Positions 39,871 to 53,474 of a stretch of DNA of 64,000 nucleotides are shown one piece after another (the stretch's first letter is position 1; each line of letters begins with the position of its first letter). Position numbers and translations under genes: made by a program. The notes under the pieces are model-generated. The model saw nothing but the letters and a program-made list of their open reading frames with translations, did not search any database and was not told the origin of the DNA. Source of the DNA: Octopus sinensis (Eukaryota); NCBI RefSeq assembly GCF_006345805.1, contig NC_043008.1, positions 69,750,001 to 69,814,000 on the forward strand, given 5' to 3'.

Positions 39871-41001
39871 CTGGAGTTAAGATAGGACACATGTCATGCT
39901 GATGATGCTTATTGAGATAGAAACACATGTCAGGGACCGTTCACTAATCACCAGGCCTTTTCCTTAATTGTGTGTCACCTGTAGAGAATTCTTTATTTTT
40001 GAGATTATCTTCTTTTCTAATACGGAGCAGGTGCCAAATGGTCATTTGGAAATTGTGATACATCTTCAAGAGGCAGCGATAGTTTTAATAATTCAAGAAT
40101 TCACACATACACACATATACATATATATACCTACACACACACATATATATATATACTTATACATACATATATATACACCCACATACATCCATTTATACAT
40201 ACACACACACACATATATACATATACATACATATATATATACATACATAGATGCACATATGTGTGTGTGTGTGTGTATATATATATGTATATGTATATAA
40301 TTATAATTATGATAGAGCACATGCAGTGCCAGCATTGTTGTGCAAATAAAAGTCTAAACATTCTCGAAGAAAACCACCAATTACTAGAAAAATAAGCACA
40401 ACAGAAATCGGGCAACAAGCTAAGAAATTAACATACCATCTTGGCAGAAAGCTGCAGAATGAGGAAATAAATATTCCTGGATCAACTGATTTCAAATTTT
40501 GTGAGTTTACCTCCCTTAATTCTCATCAGCAGTTCTCACTATACACCTAGGATTAAAAAACTTTGCTTGAAACGTGCATTGGTAACCATTCACTCCCGAA
40601 CTGAAATTAGCTCCCAACCTCTGTATCAAGGATGGTTATATGGACCACTCCTAACGAAAGCCAGAGCTTCCTTCGACCACTACATAAAAAGTATTAAGAA
40701 AATAATACTATTTAGATATGCGTTTATTTTAGTTGTTTACACTATTTTATGCTTGTTTATACTCTTATACATTCAGAGTTCACAGATTTCCTTATTTAAA
40801 TTATGAATTATATTCCTTTCGGTAATATCAATATGATTACAAAACTTCTTTGTAGATGATATTTTCTGTTTGATCAACTATAACTTTCAAATTACTGGAG
40901 TCCGTTGCTCCACTCATAGCGACATATAACTGGCCATGCGTAAACTTCAGAGTGGGTAACAATACACCTACATGATCTAAAGTCTGGCCCTGTGGTTCAT
41001 C

Positions 41002-41495
41002 AATAACCCCGAAATAATCATACTTTCTGATTTTTCAATGCTTAAGAACTTCCTGACAACTGTCTCTGTAATCCTGAAAAATCATCACCACTGATGCAGC
41101 TGTCTGGCCATGAAAAGGGAAAAGACAAAGAGACAGACAGACAGACATAATGCCCATTATAATAAGATAGCAAATCTGCCCATCTACGATGGGAAATAAA
41201 GGGATAGTATTGCAAATCTAAACCCTCTAAATTCAGGAACTATGTGGTTGGGGGAATCCAGAATTAACCCTCGTCAATGGAATTTTAACAAAAAAAAAAG
41301 TGATTTATTAATACAAAACTCAATATCCCCTAAATAATCATACTTCTTCAGATTTTTTTTCACTAAAAACCTTCCTGATTACCTCTTTCGTAATCCTGAA
41401 AAACATCATGACCATTGGTCCAGTGTTTGACCGTGAAGAGGGAACAGACAAACAGACGGACAGACAGCTGGGCATAACACCCATTATAGTAAGAT
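41002..41495 (+). mobile_element. Two copies (41002-41170, 41322-41495) of a short element with (ACAG)n near the 3' end, resembling non-autonomous Helitron/Helentron derivatives
   Basis: Shared AATAATCATACTT...GTAATCCTGAAAAA...ACAGACAGAC...CATAA(T/C)(G/A)CCCATTATA(A/G)TAAGAT. The class is inferred from architecture only. Confidence 0.5.
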
Positions 41496-41560
41496 ATATA
41501 TGTATATATAGATATACATTTATAAATAATACATACATAAGCACACACACACATTTATAA

Positions 41561-41615
<55 letters not shown>

Positions 41616-41878
41616 TAGATAGATAGATAGATAGACAGATAGCTAGATAGATAGATACAGATATAGATATATGTAAATTTATATTATTGCTGAAAGCTAA
41701 AAAATTTATAAAGGACATATTGTTTCATCTTATGACTTATCAGGATAAGAATTCCGTTGATTCATGAGATGAAACGATAGATCTTTACATGAATAATTTA
41801 GCTTTCAGCTGAAATAATAAAAATCTTATAAAATCATATTTGTGTGTGTGTGTGCGCATGTACTGGGTGAGTATATAT

Positions 41879-41925
<47 letters not shown>

Positions 41926-42164
41926 GTGTGTGTGTGTGCATACATGGGTATATACATAAGAGTTTACAGACGGGAGGAAAAAGATACTCAATATAAGCGG
42001 GGTTTATACCTTTATTTGAGTTTGAGGTTTTACCTCGTTACTACTCAGAGTTATGTATTCTGAGTAGCAATGGCATGTATCATACACACACATATTAATA
42101 TATAGGAATATATATATATATGTATGTATGTGTGTGTGTATATATAGGTATATGTATATATATT

Positions 42165-42470
42165 GAAGGCAAGTACCTAAGTGGAAGGGGTGTACAGCTC
42201 ATAGTCATGGAGTTGTGAGTTCAGTTCCTAGCAGGACATTGCATCCTTGAGCAAGACACTTTATTTCATGTTGCTCCAGTCCAGTCATCTGTGAAAAATG
42301 AGTTGTATCTGTGATTCAAAGGAGCCAGCCTTGTTACATTCTGTGTCACGCTGAATCTTTCTGAAAACTACATCTAGTCTGTGGAGTGCTTAAATATGAA
42401 TCTCACGAGCAAGCTGTTCCGTTGACCGGATTAACTGGAACCCTTGTTGTTGTAACTAATGGAGTGCCAG
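42165..42470 (+). mobile_element. SINE family D (V-domain-like core)
   Basis: GTGAGTTCAGTTCC B box followed by TCCTTGAGCAAGACACTTTATTTCATGTTGCTCCAGTCC; a related decayed copy lies near 62070-62270. Confidence 0.65.
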
Positions 42471-42495
42471 TTATGCATACATATATATGTATATA

Positions 42496-42550
<55 letters not shown>

Positions 42551-42553
<3 letters not shown>

Positions 42554-44482
42554 CAGTTATGAAACTGGTGCATCAGAATAGTCCTTGGAGGAAACCAAGG
42601 GTTCTGTGGCCTGCTGCTAATGAGAAAGGAAAATACAAAGAGTTTATAAAATGACAGGATCTACAGTGGAGAAACTGGGAAAGTTAACAAGCTCATTACA
42701 CGATACAGGAAAGGAATTATTTGGAGTGAAAGATAGTATCTGGTTGGTGAAAGGAAAGTGTGGACCAAGCAGGAGGATCAGGAAAATGAAACAGTTGAAG
42801 AAAGAAAAGAACAGACTAAGAAATTGATGGAAATGTGCTGCGGAAGACGAAAAACCTGGGCTTGTGCTGCTGTACGATTATTTAAAAAAGAAATGCCATT
42901 ATGTGCAATGACATATCCACTGATATGGACGATGGAAAGAAAGTAATAGGACTTGCGGACAGTTTCTGAAGGATCTGTACTAGGTTACTAAGAAGCTGTT
43001 CACTGAACTGAAGTGTGATACTTTATCATGCCCAAAAGAAGAATTGGATGCTCATATCAAAGAAGCCTACAGTGATCCACACCATAACCAACCACAGCCC
43101 CCTCTAAATGAGAAAAAGCATCTCTTAGAACCTAATATCGAATTTTAAATTGGGGAATCAGGGAGAAAGAGGTGAATGATTTGGTGAGAAAAGCTAGAGC
43201 AAAGAATGCCCCAGGAGGTAATGGTATCTCGTATAAATTATACAAATATACTTTTCTACCCTAGGCACAAGGCCTGAAATTTTGGGGGAGGGGACCAGTT
43301 GATTAGATTGACCCCAGTATGCAACTGGTGCTCAATTTATTGACCCCCAAGAGGATAAAAGGCAAAGTCGACCTCAGCGGAATTTGAACTCAGAACGTAA
43401 AGACAGATGAAATAACACTAAGCATTTGAGAGAAAAATAAGTTGGAGTGTGATTTGGAGGTGGGCCACATCTCAGCTAAGTTTTCTGATCTGTTCATCCT
43501 ATGATGTCTTGCTATCACCTGCAAATCTAGTAAGATGAAACATCTCAGAGAATGATATATGCAAATGTGGAAAAGTTGGAACACTGAAACATATTCTTTC
43601 CAACTGTTCACTAGCATTGAATAGGTATACATGGAGACACAACCTGGTCCTTAAGGTTACCTTCAATACTATAAAGAATGAAATTGATCACCAACAACAG
43701 TGAAAAAAAAACTAATGAAAATACCAACTAGAGATTTTATTACATTCATGCACTCAGGACAGCAGATCTGTTTCAAGAAGAAGAAACTTCCTGTGAGCGA
43801 TGAAAAATGGAACAGCTATTAGGAGGTGGCTACAGATTTACCAGGATGTTAGGGACTCGTTCCAATCCCAGTTATGGAAAAAAATGGACATTTTAATGTG
43901 GTGTGAAAGAAAGAAAGTTGCGAATGTAGTTGAGCGTGCCCCAGGAGGTAATGGCATCTCGTATAAATTATACAAATACACTTTTCTACCCTAAGCACAA
44001 GGCCTGAAATTTTTTGGGAGAGGACCAGTTGATTAGACCATGAAGATAACATGGATGCCGCTTGGGCTTGAAAGCAATGTGAAGACACTGGCTAGAAAGT
44101 GGAGCATTTTCCAATCAAAGTTGGATGTAGACAATTTGTTGAACACAGTGTGAGGCAACTGTTGTAATCGCTAGGCTTCACTCATCATAAAGTAAATACC
44201 ACCATGACTGATATCCAAACTACAGTGGAAAAGGCTAGCCACTGGATTTAGTTAAAAAGAGACAATGAGCGATGGTTAGAAGAATATCGAGCTTTATTTG
44301 ATAACTAGTTGATCTAGCAAGCGGGGCCTTGTATCAGTGAGGGGCCCAGTGCACATTGATGGTGTCGAGAGGTGGGCCCTGAAGCAGTGTGCACTCTCTC
44401 CTGATGATGCCATACACTTGCTGGCTTCTGGTATGCAGGGCTTTCGACTGATAGCACTTGCATGTGCAAGTTGTTTGCAAAA
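42551..44482 (+). pseudogene. Decayed HERO/NeSL-like non-LTR retrotransposon lacking most of the RT domain
   Basis: KPRVLWPAANEKGKYKEF; LVRKARAKNAPGGNGISYKLYK; YDVLLSPANLVR*NISENDICKCGKVGTLKHILSNCSLALNRYTWRHNLVLKV (CCHC); VP|HEDNMDAAW...FPIKVGCRQF...EKASHWI*LKRD; GC-richer 3' UTR; (TA)n on both sides. Confidence 0.82.
43250..43406 (-). mobile_element. Family A SINE at the position of the LINE's missing RT domain
   Basis: Family A core on the minus strand, with LINE coding sequence on both sides. Confidence 0.88.
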
Positions 44483-44530
44483 CATATATACATATATATA
44501 TATATATATATCTACATGTATACGTATATA

Positions 44531-44647
<117 letters not shown>

Positions 44648-46007
44648 GTACATACGTACATACGTACATACATACATACATACATACATACTACATACAT
44701 ACATACATACATACATACATACATACATACATACATACATACATACATACATACATACATACATACATACATACATACATACATACATACATACATAGAC
44801 AAACAGACAGACAGACAGATAGTACAGATGCACTCACTCTTTTCAGCAAAATCAAAATTAATTCAGAATCAATATAAAACATAGTATTTGACTTTGAATT
44901 TATCCCCCATCTCTTTTATTAAGAAGCACAATAACATTATAGATTTTTTTTTTCTTTTAGAGTATTATTGTTGGTTTTTTATTTTTGCATTCTATATCAA
45001 TGTGTTTTATATAAAATGAAATATTAAACAGCAATATATAGGATTTATATTTCGTCTTTTTGTAGTTTGTTTGCAAGTAGATTATCTGACATGGCAGGTG
45101 TATAACTCTGTGGGTTGTATATATATCATAATATTGTAGGTTTTTTATTGATAATTTAGCCTGAATGTATATTATATATCAGCTCTGCTTTAACAGCATT
45201 TATATATATGAAAGTGTGTGTTATGCGCGTGCATGTATGTGTGTATGCATGTGTTTGTGTACATAAATACATACATATACACACACATGTATACATATAC
45301 ATACAGGCATGTATGCATATATACACACACATAGATACATACATACACACAAATGTGCATGTAGACATACTTACATAAATGCATGCATACAATACATTAA
45401 CACATACATACATGCACACATACATATATATATATACACACATACATAAATGAATACACACATATATATATATACATACACACACGCACACATACATTCA
45501 TATGTATGTACAAACATACATAGTCATACATACATACACACATACATAGGCAAGAAATTTTGAAATAAATTGAATAATGACATACACATACATACATGCA
45601 TACATACATAAATGCATGCATACATGTATATACACATACACACACATATATACATACATACGTACAAACATACATACAAACATACATACCCACAGACATA
45701 CATGCACATCTACATACATGTACTATTTCATTGAGGTTGAAACAGTTTTCACAAATTATTACTCAGAGTTACATACAACTGCACACCAGTGACAAATAAG
45801 AATTCAGAATGATATTCCATGGAAATATGTCTGGTCAGTGATTGGTCTATGCACCAACAACTATTTACACTGAAAGTATGGACAACATACATGTGGCACA
45901 AACGTGTACCCTTATGTGATGTCCTCAACATGATGGCAATAACACATTACATGAAGTCAAATAATGTTCCACACATGTATATATATATGTATACATACTT
46001 ATGTTTA

Positions 46008-46161
46008 TAGGCATGGCTGTGTGGTAAGAAGCTTGCTACCCAATCACATGGTTCTGGGTTCAGTCCCACTGCATGGCACCTTGGGCAAGGGTCTTCTACT
46101 GTAGTCTTGGGCTAACCTAAGCCTTGTGAATGGATTTGGTAGACAGAAACTGAAAGAAGCC

Positions 46162-46253
<92 letters not shown>

Positions 46254-46509
46254 ATTTAAATGTATGCGTATCTTTGTGTCTGTGTTTGTCCCTATCACCA
46301 TCACTTGATGCTGTGTGTGTTTATGTCCCCATAACTTAGTGGTTCAGCGAAAGAGACTGATAGGATAAGTACTAGGCTTACAAAAAATAAATCCTGGGGT
46401 CAATTTCTTTGACTAATACTCTTTTAGGCACTGCTTCAGCATGGCTGAAGTCACATGAGTGAAACAAGTAAACAAATAAAAGAGCATGTGCATGTGTGTG
46501 TGTGTGTGT

Positions 46510-46549
<40 letters not shown>

Positions 46550-46752
46550 TGTGTTGGTCTTTGTTCCCAACCCACCTCCAATCACCATCACCTGACATCT
46601 GGTGCTGGTGTGTTTACATCCCTGTGATCTAGTGGTTTGGCAAAAGAGACTGGTACAATAAGTACCAGGCTTAAAAAAAAAGTTCAACTAAATGTTCTTC
46701 AAGGAGGTGCCCCAGCATTGCCACTGTCTAATGACTGAAACAAGTAAAAGAT
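46008..46752 (+). mobile_element. SINE family B (46008-46475) followed by a second 3' half (46536-46752)
   Basis: Family B motifs; the 3' segment occurs twice, separated by (GT)n. Confidence 0.85.
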
Positions 46753-46834
46753 ACAAGATGCTCAGCTCATATGTAGGACCTCTTTTCAGTGCTGGGGCTA
46801 CAAGTCACACACAGATAAGCAAAAGATCACTTAC

Positions 46835-46889
46835 ATGCCACAGATACACCAGAGGCAGTGCCAACCCAGTGAGAAAGGCAAGGACTTAG
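46835..46889 (-). other. Candidate exon (55 nt) of a minus-strand transcript
   Basis: T-rich tract TTTTTGTTTTTAAATATTGTTCTCATTATTGTTAG, donor CAT|GTAAGT; GC-richer than its flanks. Confidence 0.45.
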
Positions 46890-47258
46890 CTAACAATAAT
46901 GAGAACAATATTTAAAAACAAAAATCTAAGAACCTCATATTCATTCGAGTCAACATTGAAACACCAAAAAAAAAGAAAATTGTAATTGTACAAGAGGTCA
47001 TAAAAGAAGTGACCACACATCCATCAAAAAGATATTTTTATGAAAATCAATCATTCAGTGTTGGTTAAACAGAGATGAAGAGGAAAAAATGAGAACGGCA
47101 TATAAAATTTTGATGATGATGTCATCACATAATATTGAATAAAATCAAGAATATTTATAGGAAATGTCAAGAAATCTAACACCATGGAGAACAGTATATA
47201 TTTATCTCTTTATTATCTATCTTGCTACCTACTCCATTATATATATATAAATATATAT

Positions 47259-47290
<32 letters not shown>

Positions 47291-47843
47291 TTATATACAC
47301 ATTATGTATTTATGTATATATGTGAGTATACATACATACTTACATGTACATACATATATATTATATATATAATTTCTGGTTTAGATACATCATATATATT
47401 ATATTTATATAAAGTGTATATATACACTCATACGCATATTAAACTGTCTATACATCAATATTTCTTTAGAAATTTTTTTAACCACCTGTCTAACTGTCAG
47501 TTTGGCTGTCTTGCCTTTGTGTCTGTTTGGTCTGTTTGTCTAATTGTCTATCTTGCCATCTGTCTAAATGTCATCTGTTTGTCTATCAGACTATCTCTTT
47601 CTGCATCTCAAAAATAAATAGACAGATAGATAAGTAGACAGGCAGTTGTATGGCTAATTATGTAGATAGGCAGATAGTTTTATAGTTGGGTAGATAGATA
47701 AATCAATACATAGACATACATCAAGCTTGCTAACAATATGCTTAACTTGAAGTATTTACAGCCACATATATATATTGTCACTTACACTTTTAATAGTTTA
47801 CTTCTTGATGAAGCGCTACCATAATATAATATAGTATTATATA

Positions 47844-47885
<42 letters not shown>

Positions 47886-47933
47886 CATGGAGAACGGACA
47901 CTAATGATATATAATATAGTATTATATATATCT

Positions 47934-48323
47934 CTTTTACTCTTTTATTTGTTTCAGTCATTTGACTGCGGCCATGCTGGAGCACCGCCTTTAATCGAGC
48001 AACTCGACCCCGGGACTTATTCTTTCGTAAGCCCAGTACTTATTCTATCGGTCTATTTTGCCGAACCGCTAAGTAACGGGGACATAAACATACCAGCATC
48101 GGTTGTCAATCAATGCTAGGGGGACAAACACAGACACACAAACACACACACGCATATATATACATATATATGACGGGCTTCTTTCGGTTTCCGACTACCA
48201 AATCCACTCATAAGGCTTTGGTCGGCCCGAAGCTATAGTAGAAGACACTTGCCCAAGGTGCCATGCAGTGGGACTGAACCCGGAACCATGTGGTTGGTAA
48301 ACAAGCTACTTACCACACAGCCA
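47934..48323 (-). mobile_element. Young SINE family B, CpG-rich
   Basis: Full-length copy with CpGs preserved (GCTCCAGCATGGCCGCAGTC, GGGTCGAGTTGCTCGA on the minus strand). Confidence 0.92.
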
Positions 48324-48429
48324 TTATATATATATATATTACTGATATCATATTTATAAACTTTCAAGAGAATGTGAATTCTGTTTTTTTTGAAAGCAGA
48401 TCTCAAAGTACATATAAAGCTATGAATAA

Positions 48430-48590
48430 TCCTTTCTACTATAGGCACAAGGCCTGAAATTTTTGGGAAGGGGTCCTGGTCAATTTGATCAACCCCAGTA
48501 CACAACTGGTACATAATTTATCGACCACGAAAGGATGAAAGGCAAAGTCAACCTTGGTGGAATTTGAACTCAGAGTGTAGTGACAGAAAG
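48430..48590 (-). mobile_element. SINE family A, 5'-truncated
   Basis: GGCACAAGGCCTGAAAT...GAAAGGATGAAAGGCAAAGTCAACC...TTTGAACTCAG. Confidence 0.85.
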
Positions 48591-49039
48591 CTATGAATGA
48601 AATGTGTGTTACAGTTATGTATTTGAGATGCTTCATATTTGAGGCTCCAATGAAGCTATAGGATGTTACTCAGGCACCTATAGCAGATACAGTTGTAAGC
48701 TAATAAAGTTCAAAAGATAATCATATATTCTTTTGTCATCTCATTTTCTTAAATATATATATATACATAGATATATATATTACTATTATAATATATTCTG
48801 AATCTTCAGATTTTTGTATGCTAGGCTACTGGTTTTAAATTGATATTAATCAAATTAATATTCAATTTTTTTCACCCTTATTATTTTAAATTTAAATATA
48901 TATATATATATATATAAATAACGAGGGAGATAAATTTAATATTAATTTAATTAATATCAATTTAAAACCAGTAGCCTAGCATACAAAAATCTGAAAAATC
49001 AGAGAAAATTCTAATACATGTGTATATATATATATGTAG

Positions 49040-49070
<31 letters not shown>

Positions 49071-49519
49071 ACAGGCTTCTTACAGTATTCATCTAACAAA
49101 TACACTCACAGGGCCTTGGTCAGCCTGAGGCTACAGTAGAAGACACTTGCCCAAGTTGTATATATATATGATGCCACTACCATTGCGGGACAATTTTTGT
49201 CTGCTCCTGAGATATTTTTGTACTTTTTAACACTGCACATCTGAAAGAGATACTTTCCTGGGACAAACATTGCATTCAATTAAGTTTTGAATGACATATC
49301 AGCTTTAAGTATGATACACAGATGGATTTGTGTGAGTGCATGTGTCTGAGTGTGCATGCATTTTACCTACTGTTATTTACAGTTACCAAATCAGAGCAGA
49401 ATATCCCTTCAGCAATTCAATTATGTGATATGTTGACCTTAAATAGAGCAGCAATGGGGAACTACAGGACCACTACAAAACAATAGTTGCTGTATGTAAC
49501 AAACTAAAGATTCACTTAC

Positions 49520-49880
49520 CAAACTGAAATGTTATTTTCGTTGGATTTTTTCCCCAAATACCAAGTAAAATGTTTATGTTAGAGTTCAACAAATACGACA
49601 GAAGGGAAGCTTTTGTGATCTTTCTATTTGAAATATAAACAAATAACACAAAACAAATACTGCGAATCCCCTAAATATCCATATGGTAATCTGCAGAGAC
49701 AGACATGATTCCTTACCAGACTGGTTTGAAAATTTTTGGTAAATGAATAAGGCAAAATGAATGTTCTAAATATGAGAAAATGTCACTTGAAATGTCAAAG
49801 GAAACGATAACTTTAGGGAATCTATAAAGTGCCTTTTGGTTTGTTTTTACCTTTTGCGTATTTCTTGGAGAAGCCAGAAG
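49520..49880 (-). other. Three candidate exons (49880-49851, 49765-49717, 49623-49520) separated by 85- and 93-nt introns
   Basis: Donors AAG|GTAAAA, CTG|GTAAGG and TTG|GTAAGT; acceptors TTTTTAATAG, TTTTCTCATATTTAG and TTTGTTTATATTTCAAATAG. Confidence 0.4.
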
Positions 49881-50037
49881 CTATTAAAAAGTTCAAGAGT
49901 CTTAAGGGCACAAGAAATTCAAACATTTTGTATATGTATGTATGTATGTGTCTATATATATATACACACACACATACATATATAAACTAAATATGTATAA
50001 ACATACACACATGAATATATATGTGTGCATGTGTGAG

Positions 50038-50078
<41 letters not shown>

Positions 50079-50171
50079 CTTTTTAATCAACAGAAATCAC
50101 AAAGTGACTCAAGGGCTGAGAGTTTCATGCATTCTACTGATCAAAATCTGATATAAAATATAAGTTATGTA

Positions 50172-50822
50172 CTGTAAAAACCCCTGTAATTTGCACAATA
50201 TAATAAAAATTATGTACTGTTAAAACCCTTGTAATTTGTGCACCTGTGTAATTTATGCAGGTGATTTTCAGGATAAAGTTTGTAAATCTACTCTTGTAAT
50301 ATTCGCACCCAAATGTTTTCAGAATTGCCAATATGGCCAGAGGGTAAAGGTCTTCAATTTAGTTGTATTTAGCATAATTTCACTTACTTATGATTAGATT
50401 TTATTAAATAAAATAATTTGTTTAACAGATATCACATTAAAAGCTATTAAATTACAAAGTGTTTGTGTTGTTTATAATAATATGGCACAGACCATGATTA
50501 CCAGATGACCGTCAGACTTCAAAAAGTGATTAACCATTTCATGGTTTTAGTAAATCTATACAGAAAAAGTAAGCATTACACCATCCAGCATAAATGGAAG
50601 TCATCATCATTATATATATTGAAGCCATTATTTTTCCTGAGAAACCTATTCTGACATTAAATGAGTCAACTTTTGGCATGAATGTTTCCGTTTTATATAT
50701 CTTTTTAAAAGGTTTCTAAAAAAATTCTGGAAACGATCTACTCATGTAATTTATGCATCTCTAAAGTTCATTTTTATCTTTGTAAAAAGAAAAAAATGTG
50801 TAAATTACATGGGATATTATGT
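50172..50822. mobile_element. Second copy of the Tc2/pogo-like element, with a duplicated left TIR
   Basis: TA-CTGTAAAAACCCCTGTAATTTG at 50170, repeated at 50215; body homologous to 9496-10522 but lacking about 400 bp. Confidence 0.78.
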
Positions 50823-50851
50823 ATGTATTATGTATGTATGTATATATATAT

Positions 50852-51240
50852 GAGTGGCTGTATGGTAAGTCACTTACTTACCAACCACATGGTTCCAGAT
50901 TCAGTCCCACTGCATGGTACCTTGGACAAGTGGCTTCTACTGTAGCCTTGGGCTGACCAATGCCTTGTGAATGGATTTGGTAGACAGAAACTGAAAGAAG
51001 CCTGTCGTGTGTGTGTGTGTGTGTGTATGTATATGTTTTTTTGTTTGTGTTAGTCTGCCACCATTGCTTGACAACCGATGTTGGTGTGTTTACATCCCTG
51101 TAAATTAGCAGTTTGGCAAAAGAGACTGATAGAATAATTACTAGGCTTACAAAGATAAAGTCCTGGGGTTGATTTGTTCAACTAAAGGCAGTGCTCTAGC
51201 ATGGTTGCAGTCAAATGACCGAAACAAATGAAAGAATAAA
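50852..51240 (+). mobile_element. SINE family B
   Basis: Full-length copy. Confidence 0.88.
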
Positions 51241-51285
51241 ATACACACACACACATATATAAGATATAAAATTGATATTTATATA

Positions 51286-51338
<53 letters not shown>

Positions 51339-51711
51339 TTCTCTCCATCATTGTCTCTTAAACCAATATCCTACACCATCTCATCTCTGATGCACACCAT
51401 CTTAAAACCTCTTCTGTAGGGAGCCAAATGAAGGTGAAAATGTCCATGATAATACCATTAAAATTCCTCAACATTGTGGCTGTCAAATTGGTGATATGTA
51501 TCCAACATTGCTGATATAGTTTGCTGCACAGTGGTGACCAAATCACTGCAAGTAAAAAAGCTGCTGCTGTTGAGAAGCATTGATTCAGCTGCACCAGAGT
51601 TAACAGTATTTCGTGTGTCGATTTTCCCAAGAGACACCTTATGTTTGAGAGAGGTTTGGATAGGACTTGTCAGCTACCCCTGGAATCAATAGACACTGCC
51701 AACAGACTTAC

Positions 51712-51773
51712 CTGGTTCATCAGACCACACATATAAGCTAATAGTTAATATTACACCTTGGTCGTCTCAGACG
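51712..51773 (-). other. Candidate exon (62 nt) with the strongest splice signals in the window
   Basis: Acceptor CTCTATGTCTCTTGTTTTTTTGTTTGCCTCTTAG and perfect donor CAG|GTAAGT. Stops in all three frames, then ATG TGT GGT CTG ATG AAC CAG at the 3' end. Confidence 0.55.
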
Positions 51774-52543
51774 CTAAGAGGCAAACAAAAAAACAAGAGA
51801 CATAGAGATATATTTGTGTGCATTCATGCATGTGTGTGTGTGCATGTTTGTGTGCGTGTGTGTGTGTATATATATAAACACACACACACACACAAATATA
51901 TATATATATATGTATATGCCTATATAAAGTAAATAATATACATACACACACATACATATATAAATACACATACATCCAGAAATAAAATACATCTACACAC
52001 ACACACATTTATATATATACTTTCTCTCATATGTATATTCACACGTACACATATTTTCACATATTCACTCATACATGCACATACATATACACACATGTAT
52101 ACACGCATATATACAAGCACACAGGCACACGCACAAGATATTTATGACAAAGATTATTTTTTTTTATGTTCCAGTCAAAAAACAACACAAAACAAGATAA
52201 AAAAACAACAAAACCATCATTCTGACCACATATTGTAACCTCTTGCCTCTTTCTTTCTCTTTCTTTATTATTTATATTGTTATTATCTTATGTCTGACAT
52301 TTCCCTAACACTTTCTCATTGATGTCAGGCAAATATTGACTCTGTGATTAAATATTACACTTGGAAAGGTTCCCACCAAAAATTTAGTTAATTTTGCAAT
52401 ATTTGTGCAATATTTTTGCTATATTTTTCACACTCTGCCTTTTTCTCTTTAAGTAAGTAGAACAACCATGTTTGAATAGTGAGGTTTTTATAACACACAT
52501 TGCTTGACCTGCTAAAGAAAGCAGCAGGGTCTATCCCCAGAAG

Positions 52544-53474
52544 CACTTTAGCATTCAGACTTCTCTATCAAATGTAATGCTTCCTTATTCCCATTGTTTT
52601 GAATTAGTCAAGCATTACTAATGAATTAAAACTATACTGCTTACTAATGATGAAGACCTAAGAGGCAGAGATACCTGCTCAGATTTATTAATCTCCTCTT
52701 ATTTGATATATTTGTGTTGTTTTTTTAAATTTTTTATCTTTGTTGCCATACACATTCGCTAGCTTTCTTACAAAGGGATCTAATGCCCTTAGCTTAGACT
52801 TTTTTGGGGGCAACCAAATTGAACAATCTCAAGTGTAACTACCCGAAATGGTCGTGACTTCTGGAACTTGACTGAAGAAAGAAAGCCACGAATGACCCAT
52901 CGTTTTGTGCCTGTCCTTCTAATTGTTGTTTCTCTTGTCTGCCTTTGTATCTTCTATCTGTCTGAACATTTAATGTCCTCTATTGCGTTTTTGCTCCATT
53001 TTTATATTTACACACACACACACATATATATATTGTATGATACAAATAAGATGATGTTTTTTTAATGCAGAGTTGCTGTTAGAACAGCAGAAATACTGGG
53101 TAAAATACAAAGAGGAAAAATTTGTCAGCAACCAGCCATGGGGCTTGAATCCATATCCCTCAAAGACTCCGAGTACTTTACCATTAAGTACACACACACA
53201 CACACACATATATATATACATACACGAAAAAGCTTCATTCACCCTTGTAAATGAGTGTGAAATGACAGCTTTTACCATGTTTTTGCTAATTGTTTTAAGT
53301 GACTATGTAGTGGCAAGCTAATACAGCTTCTCATAGCTTTGAGATTTCAATTATGGGATTGCTTATATTTACAATGATATTGTAGGGTAGGTGTAAGAGG
53401 CTGAATCTGGTCAATTTGAACATAAAAGTGATAGAATATTTGGGCTTGGTAAGGCCGGTTAAAATGCTAAGGGA
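52544..53474. mobile_element. Family 2 piggyBac-like MITE with its halves (52544-52625, 53330-53474) about 700 bp apart
   Basis: CTTTAGCATTCAGAC...GAATTAGTCAAGCATT and GCTTTGAGATTTC...AAATGCTAAGGGA-TTAA match the two halves of 32774-32991. Confidence 0.6.

Noticed and set aside
47786-47815. 30-nt minus-strand micro-exon candidate with a GTAAGT donor
   Set aside because: The acceptor lacks a pyrimidine tract, and inclusion introduces a stop in the frame of the neighbouring candidate exons.
52868-53065. ORF resembling a signal anchor (MTHRFVPVLLIVVSLVCLCIF)
   Set aside because: TTG start, hydrophobicity explained by T-rich sequence, runs into a CA repeat and has no downstream donor.
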